Positions 46,627 to 57,267 are shown, counted from the first letter of the stretch. The stretch is 64,000 bases of DNA from Acidimicrobiia bacterium (GCA_965261135.1 OZ253443.1:2300391-2364390); one strand, 5' to 3'. The notes: generated by a model from the sequence alone, not told the origin. Numbers and translations are program-made.

Positions 46627-46897
46627 AGCGTGCACCCCGCCTTCGGACCCGACACCTCCGGTCGGCTGACAAGTCGCTTGCTCAGACCAGGCGCCCCCGT
46701 GGCACCGGGACACCCGCTTAGGGCTGCTTCCTTCCGGACCTGACCCGGTTCACGACCACCCCGACTCACGGGACCCGGCCATCAACGCTGCGCTCTTGCC
46801 GCCTGCCCGGGGCTCGGCATCCTGAGGCGGGGAATTCGGCCCCGCATAGAGAGGATTTCGGGTTCAGGGAACCCCTAGTGCCCCGCTTAGCACGCAT
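46627..46897 (-). ncRNA. ffs: Signal recognition particle RNA, large (Alu-domain) bacterial type
   Basis: Minus strand reads GCGTGCTAAGCGGGG...CCCTGAACCCGAAATCC...GGGCCGAAT (Alu), GTCAGGTCCGGAAGGAAGCAGC (helix 8), and closing GTGCACGC; downstream of tadA. Confidence 0.93.
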
Positions 46898-46936
46898 CCC
46901 GACCTTAGCACGATCCGAGATGACGAAACGGCGGGA

Positions 46937-47413
46937 TCACCCGTTGTCTCCACCCCTCTTGCTGCTGAAAAACGACCTGAGCAGTTCGGCGCTCTGGGCG
47001 GCGCCCACCCCTGCCACTATCTCGCACTGATGGTTGAGACGCCGATCGCCGGGAATGTTGTAGAGACTCAACACCGCTCCGGCTTTGGGGTCGGCCGCGC
47101 CGTACACGATCCGGGCGATTCGGCCGGAGACCGCGGCCCCGGCGCACATCGAGCATGGTTCCAGAGTCACATACAGAGTGTGCCCCAGCAAACGCCAGGA
47201 CCCCGCCCGGCGGGCGGCCTCGGCCAGCACCAGCACCTCGGCATGTGCGGTGGGATCCCCCCGTTCCTCCCGGCGGTTGTGGTCGGCGGCCACCAGTCTC
47301 CCGGTGGAGTCGACGATCACCGCCCCCACCGGCACATCCCCATGAGCCGGCGCCTTGGCGGCCTCGCGCAGAGCCAGTTCCATGAATCGGTGGTGATCCG
47401 TTGAGTCGGGCAT
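46937..47413 (-). CDS. tadA: tRNA adenosine deaminase TadA
   Basis: DVPVGAVIV, TAHAEV, TLEPCSMCAGA, DPKAGA, LNH. Confidence 0.95.
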   Translation of the reverse strand: MPDSTDHHRFMELALREAAKAPAHGDVPVGAVIVDSTGRLVAADHNRREERGDPTAHAEVLVLAEAARRAGSWRLLGHTLYVTLEPCSMCAGAAVSGRIARIVYGAADPKAGAVLSLYNIPGDRRLNHQCEIVAGVGAAQSAELLRSFFSSKRGGDNG

Positions 47414-47498
47414 ATTCCTTGTTTATCTCCGTTGAGCGGTTTGCTAATGTTTTAGTCGAACTGAGCGCTTTCTTAAACCTATACCAGTTATGGGTAAT

Positions 47499-47592
47499 GG
47501 AGGGATCGCATAGTCTGGTCTAGTGCGCGGCACTGGAAATGCCGTTGGGGGTGACCACCCCCTCGTGGGTTCAAATCCCACTCCCTCCGCCA
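47499..47592 (+). tRNA. tRNA-Ser(GGA)
   Basis: GGAGGGA/TCCCTCC acceptor, CGGCA-CTGGAAA-TGCCG anticodon arm, long variable arm, ends GCCA. Confidence 0.95.
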
Positions 47593-47629
47593 GCGTCAAA
47601 GAGGTTTGCTCTGAGGCGCCAAACCAAAA

Positions 47630-47720
<91 letters not shown>

Positions 47721-47772
47721 TGATAAGTGTGGGACAAATCTGTGAATTCCCCTAATTAACCAGGGCAATGAC

Positions 47773-47819
47773 ACGGGCTCATAATCCGTTGGTTGCAGGT
47801 TCGAGTCCTGCCGGGCCCA
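47773..47819 (+). pseudogene. 3' half of a tRNA(CAT) (Ile2/Met type); possible att-site remnant
   Basis: ACGGG-CTCATAA-TCCGT anticodon arm, GCAGG-TTCGAGT-CCTGC T arm and CGGGCCCA acceptor strand are present; no D arm or 5' acceptor strand upstream. Confidence 0.75.
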
Positions 47820-48254
47820 CACTGTTTCATACGGTTACCTCAGGTATCAGGAGACTGGGGCAGGGTATCCGATCAGTTGACTTGGACGAAGACTGGCGGG
47901 GGTTGGACGCCATCGACCGCGGCCTCGAACCGGGTGGGCGGTTGCCTCTGTTCGGTCTGGGATTGCTGTCCGTTTGCTATGGCGCCGCAAAGTACCCTGG
48001 GTAGAGTTAGATGAGTAACGACGCGGGTAGTCCTTCGGGATTGCTCCCCGAATGCAGCGGTTGGGAGCATCTAGCCCACCGGGGTGAGTAGGGTGAAGTC
48101 GCCTGACGCTTCTCGTGTTGGTTGCACAGCAGTTCGAGGCGTGAGAAGATAGGTTCGTGGTTGCTTTGCCGAGACAAAGAGCATGTCGAGTTCGTCATGG
48201 ATGCGGTGCAACCGTTGGCGATTGCACTGGTTTCTCCAGCCGGTTAGGTTCGCC

Positions 48255-49124
48255 ATGATCCTCAAAGGCAACCCAGTCATACCCGGACTGGAGGGGAACG
48301 TTGCACTGGTGACAGGCGCTGGCAGAGGTCTCGGCAGCGGAATTGCCAAGGCCTTTTTACGAGCCGGTGTGAAGGTGTGCGCTACCGATGTGGATGAAGC
48401 GGAGATGGAAGCTTCTTTCAAGGGGATGAAGGTGAGTGGAAACCAACTGCTCAATTTGCCTTTGGATGTAACCGACCCTGAAATGTTCGACAATGTCGTC
48501 CACAAAGTGGTTGATGAATGGGGCAGGTTAGATGTGTTGGTTCATGCTGCTGTGATAATGCCGGTGATCAGTTTTGAGAAAACATCTCATGCGGCTTGGT
48601 GGCATGAGGTCTTCATTAATCTGGGTGGTCTGTTTAATGGCACAAAAGCGGTGTGGGAGGTAATGAAGGCGCAAGGTGGTGGACATATCATGTCTGTGGC
48701 CAGCCTCTCCAGCTTTCATGGTTTTGCCAATGAGGTTGCATATTGTGTCGGAAAACACGGCCAAGAAGGGTTTGCCAAATCCCTGTCCATAGAGGCAGTG
48801 CCTCACAACATAGCTATCAACGCTGTGGGGCCTGGAAAGCGAATCAAGCCATCGGGGGTAACTGTTGCAGAGGCAGAGCTGGTGCCCGAAGACGTGAAAT
48901 CAACCTGGACGGATCCTACCGAACTGGGTCAGGCCTATGTCTGGCTGGCAAGCCAGCCTCCAAACAGATTCACTGGACTCTGCTTTAATGCGGGAAAGAT
49001 AGTAGATACCATGGCAACCGAAGGATGGGAGTTCGACTTCGCTCCTGAAAAGGTCACGTCGGATCCAGAAGGCATGAAGTCGCGATGGGAGTGGTATACA
49101 CAACAATCAGGCCGCGGATACTGA
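48255..49124 (+). CDS. Short-chain dehydrogenase/reductase
   Basis: ALVTGAGRGLG, GRLDVLVHAA, YCVGK (YxxxK); AT-richer than the flanking genes. Confidence 0.9.
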   Translation: MILKGNPVIPGLEGNVALVTGAGRGLGSGIAKAFLRAGVKVCATDVDEAEMEASFKGMKVSGNQLLNLPLDVTDPEMFDNVVHKVVDEWGRLDVLVHAAVIMPVISFEKTSHAAWWHEVFINLGGLFNGTKAVWEVMKAQGGGHIMSVASLSSFHGFANEVAYCVGKHGQEGFAKSLSIEAVPHNIAINAVGPGKRIKPSGVTVAEAELVPEDVKSTWTDPTELGQAYVWLASQPPNRFTGLCFNAGKIVDTMATEGWEFDFAPEKVTSDPEGMKSRWEWYTQQSGRGY

Positions 49125-49229
49125 GGGTCTTTCGTCATCTCTTGAGTCTGGTCACCGGGGAGTCGAGAGTTCTCTTTTTGACTGCGAACGATGTCTGCTT
49201 GCTATTGCAGGACGTCCAACGCGCCGTTC

Positions 49230-49360
49230 GCTGGCCCGGGAAGGTCCACGCCACCACGTCCATCCCGATGGCGTTGGCCAATCTAGCCAACTCCGAGCCG
49301 ATGTTTCCGGTCCCGACCACGCCTAGGGTTTTGCCCTGCAGGTAGACGTTTTCTCTGCGC
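49230..49360 (-). pseudogene. Fragment of a D-2-hydroxyacid dehydrogenase
   Basis: LQGKTLGVVGTGNIGSELARLANAIGMDVVAWT (Rossmann region) with no flanking domains. Confidence 0.7.
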
Positions 49361-49509
49361 CGGTAGAGTCAGATATTTGAAAGCGACCATCAGGCCTCTG
49401 TCCCCTGGCCATAGCGACCGGCGTCGGCGTATGCTCCTCTCGAGTAACGGGACAAGGGAAGTCCGGTTTGAGCTACCCACCTGGGTGTCTGGAGAGAAAT
49501 GAGGCGACG

Positions 49510-50454
49510 ATGCGCACTGCTCTGATAGGAAGCCTTCGGGTTTCGCAGGTCGGTTTGGGCTGCAACAACTTCGGTACCCGACTCGATAAATCCCAGACCG
49601 AGACAGTTGTCTTGACCGCGCTCGAACAAGGAATTACCTATTTCGACACGGCCGACATCTACGGGGGCAAAGGACTGTCCGAGGAGTACCTGGGCGCAGC
49701 GCTACGAGGCAGACGCCACCAAGCGGTTGTGGGCACCAAGTTCGGGATGAAGATGCTGAACGACGCCCAGACGGGCGGCAGCGCCCGATGGGTCGCCTTG
49801 GCCGTCGAGGACAGTCTCCGGCGTCTCGGGACCGATTACATCGATCTATACCAAATGCATACACCAGATCCCTCGGTTCCGATCGAGGAGACGCTGGATG
49901 CGTTGCATTTCCTGGTCGAACAGGGCAAAATTCGCGAGATCGGATGCTCGAACTTCACCGGCGCCCAAATCGACCAAGCAACCGCGGCGAGCATGCACCG
50001 CGGAATCCCTCGCTTCGTCAGCGCCCAGAATCACTACAGTCTCTTGGCCCGTACGGTAGAACGAGACGTTGTTCCCGCCTGTACACGCAACGGTCTTTCC
50101 GTGATGCCGTACTGCCCACTCGCCAACGGCGTGCTGACTGGAAAGTACCGACGAGGGAAGGAACCCCCCAAGGGTTCGCGGATGGAATGGGTCCGGAACG
50201 ATCCGGCGACAACCGACCGGGGCTTCTTGAGCGATCGGAACCTCGACATCGTGGAGAAACTCCAAGAGTACGCGGCCGACCACGGCCGGACCCTACTCGA
50301 ACTGGCTATTAGCTGGCTGGCTGCACAACCAGATGTCTCGACAGTTATCCCCGGCGCAAGCTCACCCGAGCAGGTTCTCACTAACTCGAAGGGAGCCGAC
50401 TGGCACCTGACCGACCGCGAACTGGTCGAGATCGGGATCATCACCGGTGGATGA
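49510..50454 (+). CDS. Aldo/keto reductase
   Basis: SQVGLGCNNFG, FDTADIYG, GTKFG, SLRRLGTDYIDLYQMH, IGCSNF, AQNHYSLL, VIPGAS. Confidence 0.95.
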   Translation: MRTALIGSLRVSQVGLGCNNFGTRLDKSQTETVVLTALEQGITYFDTADIYGGKGLSEEYLGAALRGRRHQAVVGTKFGMKMLNDAQTGGSARWVALAVEDSLRRLGTDYIDLYQMHTPDPSVPIEETLDALHFLVEQGKIREIGCSNFTGAQIDQATAASMHRGIPRFVSAQNHYSLLARTVERDVVPACTRNGLSVMPYCPLANGVLTGKYRRGKEPPKGSRMEWVRNDPATTDRGFLSDRNLDIVEKLQEYAADHGRTLLELAISWLAAQPDVSTVIPGASSPEQVLTNSKGADWHLTDRELVEIGIITGG

Positions 50455-50588
50455 GGTTCTGCGTCGTTAGTTCTGGCGTGAACCGTCCAGAGCCTCTTTG
50501 ATGCTTCTGTTCAAAGCTCTGAGCATTCAGTCTGTCTCCATCTCTTGATTCCCGTATCCACAGAGCCGCCCCGACCGGGAGCCACCGG

Positions 50589-51455
50589 CTACAACCGGGG
50601 ATTGATCCGTTCCTCGAGCGAGAAGGCGATGAGGGCGAATCCGAGGGATGCCAGCATGATCAAGAGGCCGGGCGGCAGCACCCACCACTTCCATGCCGGG
50701 GTCAGGAAGGCCCCCCGAGTCTGGGCCCAGTACAGCGTCGAGCCCCAACTCTTCTGGATCGGGTCGCCCAGACCCAGGAAGCTGAGCGCAGCCTCCAGCA
50801 AAATCGCCCCGGACACCGCCCGGACGAACGAGCCCGTAGCGAGCAGGGCTGTGCGGGGAACGATGTGACGCAGGATCGTCCAACGGTCAGGAGCGCCCAT
50901 CGAACGGGCTGCCAGCACGTATTCTCGCGAGCGGAGGGATAGGACCTGTGATCGGATGATCCGGGCCGGCTCCGCCCAGATGAGCACCCCGATGACCAGG
51001 ATCGTGTTCAGAAGGCTCCTGCCCAAGTAGGCAGCCAGCACTATGAGCAGCGGGAGGAACGGCAGGATCAAGATCACGTCAACCCCTCGCATCAAAGTAG
51101 AACCCAGCCGTTTGGGGTAATAACCGGCCACCACCCCCACAGTCGTACCGATCAGCAAGGCCACCGTTGCCGCCACAAGCCCCACCAACAAAGACACCCG
51201 CGATCCGAAGATGATCTCCGAGAGGAGATCATGGCCGACATCATTGGTACCCAGCAGATGTTGGGCGCTGGGCGGCAGAAAGGGTCTGGATACCCGCTCG
51301 GTGGGGTCGTACGGCGCCAACCACGGGGCGAACACAGCCGTGAACACCAGAGCCCCGACGATCGCCACCCCTGCCAGCCCGAGGATGGTGGGGAGCCGGG
51401 AGCGTCGCCGTAAGGCCCGTCTCACCTTCCTGTCTTCGCCGCTGGTCCCCGTCAC
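50589..51455 (-). CDS. Peptide/nickel ABC transporter permease (DppC-like)
   Basis: LLGTNDVGHDLLS, EYVLAARSMGA, LEAALSFLGLG. Confidence 0.93.
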   Translation of the reverse strand: MTGTSGEDRKVRRALRRRSRLPTILGLAGVAIVGALVFTAVFAPWLAPYDPTERVSRPFLPPSAQHLLGTNDVGHDLLSEIIFGSRVSLLVGLVAATVALLIGTTVGVVAGYYPKRLGSTLMRGVDVILILPFLPLLIVLAAYLGRSLLNTILVIGVLIWAEPARIIRSQVLSLRSREYVLAARSMGAPDRWTILRHIVPRTALLATGSFVRAVSGAILLEAALSFLGLGDPIQKSWGSTLYWAQTRGAFLTPAWKWWVLPPGLLIMLASLGFALIAFSLEERINPRL

Positions 51456-52426
51456 GATGCTCTGGTCCTGGGGTCTATCAGCGGATACAAGAGATCGGCC
51501 GCCAGGTTCGCCACCAACACCGCCCCCGTGAAGACCAGGAAAGCCGCCTGCATCACGGGATAGTCACGCCCTGAGACGGCTTCGAAGACCAGGCGACCGA
51601 GTCCCGGATAGGAGAACACCGTCTCGATGATCACCGTGCCCCCGAACGCGAACCCCAGACGTAGGGCTAGCACTGTTATCACCGGAGCGATGGCGTTGCG
51701 GGCAACATGTCCGAACAGCACCCTGTGCTCACCGGCGCCTTTCGCTCTGGCCGTTCGGATGTAGTCCTCTCCCAGCGTTTCGAGCATCGAATAGCGCATG
51801 GTCATGTAAACGCCCGGCGTCCCGATGATCGACAGGGTGGCCACGGGCATTATGGTGTGGCGGATGATGTCCCAGGTGTGAGCCCAACCCTCCAGATCGG
51901 ACGCGGGGGTCACCGCGCCGAACGAAGGCAGCAGACCCCACTGGACGGCGAAGACCGATATGAAAACCATACCCAACCAGAATGAGGGCAACGACTCGAT
52001 CGAGATCATCCCCGAAAGCAGGCTCAAGTCGCCCTTCGTGCCTCTTCGCCAAGCCGAGAGGGCGCCCAGCACCACACCTGTGATCGCCGATACCACCAGC
52101 GACAGGCCTGTGATCAAGAGAGTCCAAGGGAGCCGGTCCCAGATCATCTCGACGATGGGACGGCTAGCCCGGAACGAGTACCCGAAATCGCCGGTGAGGA
52201 TACCGCCCCAATACCGCAGATACTGCTTCCATAAAGGCGCGTCCAGACCGACCCGGGCGACGATCTCAGCCCGTTGCGCCGGGTCCAGGAGGCCGACATC
52301 CACTCCGGCGATCAGCGCCAGCGGATTTCCCGGCATCAGCCGGGGCAGCAGGAAGTTGAGCGTCACCGCCACCACTACTACTACCCCGTACTGGGCCACC
52401 CGACGGAGGTCGATGCGCCTTGTCAA
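51452..52426 (-). CDS. Peptide/nickel ABC transporter permease (DppB-like); probable TTG start at 52426
   Basis: LPRLMPGNP, GDFGYS, EDYIRTARAKG, IETVFSYPGLG, RDYPVMQ. Confidence 0.92.
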   Translation of the reverse strand: MTRRIDLRRVAQYGVVVVVAVTLNFLLPRLMPGNPLALIAGVDVGLLDPAQRAEIVARVGLDAPLWKQYLRYWGGILTGDFGYSFRASRPIVEMIWDRLPWTLLITGLSLVVSAITGVVLGALSAWRRGTKGDLSLLSGMISIESLPSFWLGMVFISVFAVQWGLLPSFGAVTPASDLEGWAHTWDIIRHTIMPVATLSIIGTPGVYMTMRYSMLETLGEDYIRTARAKGAGEHRVLFGHVARNAIAPVITVLALRLGFAFGGTVIIETVFSYPGLGRLVFEAVSGRDYPVMQAAFLVFTGAVLVANLAADLLYPLIDPRTRAS

Positions 52427-52563
52427 GCCATCAACTCGACCTGACCGGCAGCCTGCCGCGATCCTCGGAGCGTGCTGAGCTGTCCCTACCGGGCAGCAAC
52501 TCAAACACGCTATGCCCGAGCGAGCGGCAGGCCGCCACTAGCCGTCATTATTCAGTTTTTCTC

Positions 52564-54324
52564 CTACGGGCGGGCGGAAGGCGGGAGCAGCGACAGCTTG
52601 CTGACGATGCCCTGGCCGGCGATGAACTCCCAGTCCGAGTAGACGCTCGAGTCGTACACATATGCGCCATCCGGATACAAGAGCAGCACGAACGGCAGAT
52701 CCTCGGCGATTATCTCCTGCATTCGACCCAGGATCGCGTTGCGCTCCGCCGCATCGGGCTCGACAGACAGCGCCTCGGAAAGGGCGTCTATCTCGGCGTT
52801 GGCGTAGCCGGTCAGGTTTAGGAACCCGGAGTCCAATGAGCTGTGGACCAACCAAGGAAGTCGCAGTGTGTCGGCCTGCACGGGCGCCGACCATCCCCAC
52901 ATGGCGATTTCGTAGTTGCGACCGTTGTTTACGTCGAAACCCGGCCACACGGCCTGCTCCCAGACTCCGGTGTCGACCGGTACGACCTCGGTTTCGATGC
53001 CGATCGCAGCCAGCATCTCCGTAGTCAACTCGGCGATCCGCAGACGTAGCGAGTCGGGGGAGTTGGTGATGATCTCGAACGACATCGGCTGCCCGTCGAA
53101 CTCTCGGACGCCATCGCCGTCGGTGTCGGCGTAACCGGCGCCGTCCAAAAGCGCGTTGGCGGCGGCCACGTCGTACACGGGGACGATGGCGGGGTTATAA
53201 GACGAATGCCCGGGATGTATCCAGCCGGGACTCCCCACTGTGGCTGCCCCCAGGTACACGGTGTCGACGATGTCCTGGCGGTCCATAGCCAGGTTGATGG
53301 CTTGGCGGACCGCAACGTCGTCGAACGGGCGCTTCGAGGCGTCGTAGTTGATCATCTGGGTGCTGAACTCGGGTCCGAGGGCTATGTCCAGCGGGTCCTG
53401 GGCGTCCAGCAGATCGATCTGCTCGGGGGGTATCCGTTCGAATATCACGTCGACTTCCCCGGTACGGATGGCGGCTTGGGCGCCGGCGTCGTCGGCAAAG
53501 ACGATGACTACCAGTTCGTCAACCGCCGGGGCGCCCCGGAAGAAGTCGGGGTTGGCCTCGAATCGGTAACTCTGGCTTTCGACGTATTCGACCAACTTGT
53601 ACGGACCCGACCCGATGTTGGTACCGCCCTCGAACTGGTGCTCCGACGGGAGTGCCACCGACTCCCAGATGTGGCGCGGGATAATGGGTGCATCGGCCAG
53701 CGCTCCCACGTCGAATCCGGCGCTGGGACCGTTGAGAACGAAGGTGACATTGTAGTCATCGTGTACCACTACGTCCGCCACGCCGCTGAAGTCGCGTGCG
53801 AAACGGCTCGCCTCGGGGTTGGTCACGTAGTAGTCGACACTGAAGGACACGTCATCGGAGGTCAAGGGCTCCCCGTCATGGAAAGTTACGCCCTCGACCA
53901 GAGTTACCGACCACTCGGTGAGGTCGTCGCTGACGGTGACGCTCGAGGCCAGCCAGGGCTGGGGAACTCCGGCCGAGTCAAGCTGCATCAGAGAGTCGTA
54001 CTGGAGCATCATGATATTCCACCCGGGGAAGCCGCTGATGTACGTGTAGGGGGTAAGGGTTCCTTCATCCCCTGTGACCGCAGCCCGAACGGTGACTGGT
54101 TCCGGTGGGGGGGCCGGCGCCGCAGTGGTGGTTGTGGTCTCGGGCGCGGGTTCGGGCTCCTCATCCGTGTCGGACGGCGTCGGCGCTTCCGTGGTAGTCG
54201 GTGCCGGTGCGGCCGCAGTGGTCGCGGGTTCGTCTGGTGCGGAATCGTCGTCGCCACAGCCCACGACTGCCAGCGCGATAACGACCAGAAGGAGAGTTAT
54301 CTTGAACTTCATCAAGCGTTGCAT
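52564..54324 (-). CDS. ABC transporter substrate-binding lipoprotein, family 5
   Basis: Lipobox AVVGC, Thr/Pro-rich linker, YDSL...PWLASS, FHDGEPLTSDDV, GSGPYKL, VRQAINLAMDRQ. Confidence 0.95.
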   Translation of the reverse strand: MQRLMKFKITLLLVVIALAVVGCGDDDSAPDEPATTAAAPAPTTTEAPTPSDTDEEPEPAPETTTTTAAPAPPPEPVTVRAAVTGDEGTLTPYTYISGFPGWNIMMLQYDSLMQLDSAGVPQPWLASSVTVSDDLTEWSVTLVEGVTFHDGEPLTSDDVSFSVDYYVTNPEASRFARDFSGVADVVVHDDYNVTFVLNGPSAGFDVGALADAPIIPRHIWESVALPSEHQFEGGTNIGSGPYKLVEYVESQSYRFEANPDFFRGAPAVDELVVIVFADDAGAQAAIRTGEVDVIFERIPPEQIDLLDAQDPLDIALGPEFSTQMINYDASKRPFDDVAVRQAINLAMDRQDIVDTVYLGAATVGSPGWIHPGHSSYNPAIVPVYDVAAANALLDGAGYADTDGDGVREFDGQPMSFEIITNSPDSLRLRIAELTTEMLAAIGIETEVVPVDTGVWEQAVWPGFDVNNGRNYEIAMWGWSAPVQADTLRLPWLVHSSLDSGFLNLTGYANAEIDALSEALSVEPDAAERNAILGRMQEIIAEDLPFVLLLYPDGAYVYDSSVYSDWEFIAGQGIVSKLSLLPPSARP

Positions 54325-54558
54325 TGTTTGTTCCTCTTTCTCTTCCCCGCCAACAGATAGCGGAAAATTACGATTTGCGAGGGACTGGATCCCTCAACTG
54401 ACATCAGCCTAACAAACACCTGATGGTGTTGGTCAGAGGCCGCGACATTCTGGGCGTCCGGGGTTCGAAAGCGCTCGACTGTGGTTGTCCTTGGCGAGAG
54501 AACCACTGGCGCCGAGAGTCCAGGCGTTTGCTCCTAGGCCCCGCGTGACTTGCCGAGC

Positions 54559-56652
54559 CTAGGCGGGTGGGCTGACGAGGTGGCACGAGACCCATCGTCC
54601 CGGCGCCACCTTTTCCAGCAACGGCTTGACCGTCGAGCACAGCCCTTCGACAGCTACCGGGCACCGGGTGTGGAAACGGCAGCCGGACGGGGGATCGGCC
54701 GGGCTCGGCACGTCCCCTACCAGGCTGGTCCGCCGGGCTGTGTCGTTGTCGGGCTCGGGCACCGGCACCGCCTCCAAAAGCGCCTTGGTGTAGGGGTGAA
54801 GGGGAGCCTGGTACAGCTGGTCGCGCGGCGCCCTCTCCACGATCTCTCCCAAATACATCACGGCCACTTCGTGTGAGACGTGGCGCACCACCGCCAGGTC
54901 ATGCGCTATGAAAACCATCGCCATGCCGGTTCGTGTCTGCAGATCGGCCAGCAGGTTCACTACCTGGGCCTGCACCGATACATCCAGGGACGATACGGGT
55001 TCGTCGCACACCACGACCTCGGGGTCGGCCGCCAGGGCGCGGGCGACGGCGATCCGCTGCCTCTGCCCTCCACTGAACTCGTGCGGATAGCGCTCACCCG
55101 AGTCGGGAGGCAGACCCACCTGGGTCAGGAGTTGGGCCACGCGGTCGCGGACGGCCGCCTCGTCTGCGAGTCGGTGGATCCGGAGGGGCTCGGCGACGAC
55201 ATCCTCTACCCGCATCCCGGGGTTCATGGCCGAGAAGGGATCCTGGAAGATTATTTGCACCACCCGCCGATGCCTTCCGCTGCGGTGGTTGATCGGCGCT
55301 CCGTTGATCTCGATCGTTCCTCCGGTGGGCCGCACCAGCGCTACCAGAGCCCGACCCAGGGTGGTCTTCCCACACCCACTCTCGCCGACAATCCCCAAGG
55401 TCTGTCCCCGGGCCACGTCGAAGGAGACGCCGTCCACGGCCCGAATAGCCCCCTTGCGCGACTGGCTTAGGCCGCGGATGACCGGGAAATGGACCTGCAG
55501 GTCCCGGACCGAGATGACTACATCGCCGGTTTGATCGGCGGGCGTGTGGAAACCGGATGCTGCACCTTCCGGCCAGAGCGCGGAGGCGGGTCCCATCTGG
55601 TCGTGGTGAATACACGCCGACTGGTGCCCGCCAGGCCCAACCGTGTCCAACTCCGGGAGAGCATCCTGGCAGCCCTCTCCAGCCAGCGGACATCGGTCGT
55701 CGAAGGGGCACGCCTCCAACTCCCTGACGACCCGGAAGGGTGCACCCGGTATCTCTGCCAGGCTGGTGGTGACAGGGCGGTCCAGTCGGGGTATGGAGCG
55801 GAGCAATCCGGATGTATAGGGGTGGCGGGTCGCCCGGTAGAGGTCGGATGCCTGGCCGGTCTCGAGTATTCGCCCTGCGTACATGACCGCCACCCGATCG
55901 GCTATCTCGGCCACCACCCCTAGGTCGTGGGTAATCCAGACCACCGCCAAGCGGTATTCGGCTTGCAGTTCACGGACCAGATCCACGATCTGGGCCTGGA
56001 CGGTCACGTCGAGGGCCGTGGTCGGTTCGTCGGCGATCAGCAGTTTCGGCTCGCACGCCAACGCCATGGCGATCATGGCGCGCTGGCGCATACCTCCCGA
56101 GAACTCGTGCGGGTAGTCGTCAACCCTGGTCTTCGCCGACGGTATCCCAACCCGGTCCAGGAGGCGGATGGCGTGGCGCCGTGCCGCGGCCCGGGTAACA
56201 CCGCGATGTATGCGGAGGCTCTCGCCGATCTGCCGACCGACGCGGTGGACAGGATTCAAGGACGACATGGGCTCTTGGAAGACCATGGCCACGTCCCGAC
56301 CACGGAACCTTTTCAGTCGGCGTCCGGACATGCCCAGGACTTCCCGGCCCTCCAGCCGGATGGACCCCGATACCACCGCGGGCGGTGAAGGAAGGAGACC
56401 CATGACGGACAGCATTGACACGCTTTTGCCGGATCCGGACTCACCCACCAGGGCGAACGTCTCGCTCGGAGCCACGGTGAGGCTCACACCGCTGACCGCA
56501 CGGACCGTCTCGGTGGGCAACTCGAAGCGCACCGCCAGGTTCTCGATGTCGAGCAGGTTCGGACGGACGGCCGCGGCGTCCCGTGGGGGTCCGTGCCCGG
56601 CCACCGCGGTTCCGGCGGTCATCTCACCGCCCGCCCGCCCACGGTCCGTCAT
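54559..56652 (-). CDS. Fused double ABC ATPase (DppD/DppF-like)
   Basis: GESGSGKS and GESGCGKT; two FSGG signature motifs; two oligopeptide HPY-type C-terminal motifs (HPYT). Confidence 0.95.
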   Translation of the reverse strand: MTDRGRAGGEMTAGTAVAGHGPPRDAAAVRPNLLDIENLAVRFELPTETVRAVSGVSLTVAPSETFALVGESGSGKSVSMLSVMGLLPSPPAVVSGSIRLEGREVLGMSGRRLKRFRGRDVAMVFQEPMSSLNPVHRVGRQIGESLRIHRGVTRAAARRHAIRLLDRVGIPSAKTRVDDYPHEFSGGMRQRAMIAMALACEPKLLIADEPTTALDVTVQAQIVDLVRELQAEYRLAVVWITHDLGVVAEIADRVAVMYAGRILETGQASDLYRATRHPYTSGLLRSIPRLDRPVTTSLAEIPGAPFRVVRELEACPFDDRCPLAGEGCQDALPELDTVGPGGHQSACIHHDQMGPASALWPEGAASGFHTPADQTGDVVISVRDLQVHFPVIRGLSQSRKGAIRAVDGVSFDVARGQTLGIVGESGCGKTTLGRALVALVRPTGGTIEINGAPINHRSGRHRRVVQIIFQDPFSAMNPGMRVEDVVAEPLRIHRLADEAAVRDRVAQLLTQVGLPPDSGERYPHEFSGGQRQRIAVARALAADPEVVVCDEPVSSLDVSVQAQVVNLLADLQTRTGMAMVFIAHDLAVVRHVSHEVAVMYLGEIVERAPRDQLYQAPLHPYTKALLEAVPVPEPDNDTARRTSLVGDVPSPADPPSGCRFHTRCPVAVEGLCSTVKPLLEKVAPGRWVSCHLVSPPA

Positions 56653-56987
56653 CGATCAGCTGCAACGCCAGGGGCCATGCACCGGCCTCCCCGCCAGGCG
56701 CACGATCAGCCCGAGGCCGCCGCAGAAGAACCCTCTCATGCCTATTCATATGCATGAAGATACACCAGCCGACGCAGCTACCGCCACCCAGTCCCGATAC
56801 CCGTTACCCGATAGACCATGGCCACCAATAGCAAGATCAGGAAGGCGATCTGCCAGATTACGAGGTAATTTACCGGCCGCCACTACCAAGGCTTGTGACC
56901 GAACCGGTTGTGTGAATCCCTCCCCGCTTCAACCCGAGGGCTGTCCCATCCGGATTCCGGTTAGGCTTATCCTTGCCACAAAGCCCT

Positions 56988-57062
56988 GCGCCCGTAGCTC
57001 AATTTGGACAGAGCGTCTGACTACGGATCAGAAGGTTGGGGGTTCGAGTCCCTCCGGGCGTG
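56988..57062 (+). tRNA. tRNA-Arg(ACG), CCA not encoded
   Basis: GCGCCCG/CGGGCGT acceptor, TCTGA-CTACGGA-TCAGA anticodon arm, GTTCGAGTC T-loop. Confidence 0.95.
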
Positions 57063-57267
57063 CCGAGTCTCACTGCTGCTATCAGGTGCTATCTTCATCC
57101 ACCCGCCAAAAGCCCGCGTTCGGCGAGGCGGATCGGCCACGGAAAGGGCCGACCACGTTTACGCAAAATGTGAAGCTGTGAGCGAAGCAATGTCAGATAA
57201 GGTAAGCACCGAGCCTAAAGTGAAACCGGCTATCCCGGCCACGATCACAACTCCAAAGGAGAAACAC

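Noticed and set aside
47830-48250. Possible HNH or IS3-integrase remnants (LELLCNQH, NRQRLH)
   Set aside because: Only a few residues resemble the motifs, in different frames; insufficient.
56778-56873. Hydrophobic 31-codon stretch VNYLVIWQIAFLILLLVAMVY upstream of the ABC operon
   Set aside because: An in-frame stop lies just upstream and there is no valid start before the hydrophobic part.
57004-57267. Extended start of the VOC ORF
   Set aside because: Runs through tRNA-Arg; the AAGGAG-preceded ATG at 57268 is better.
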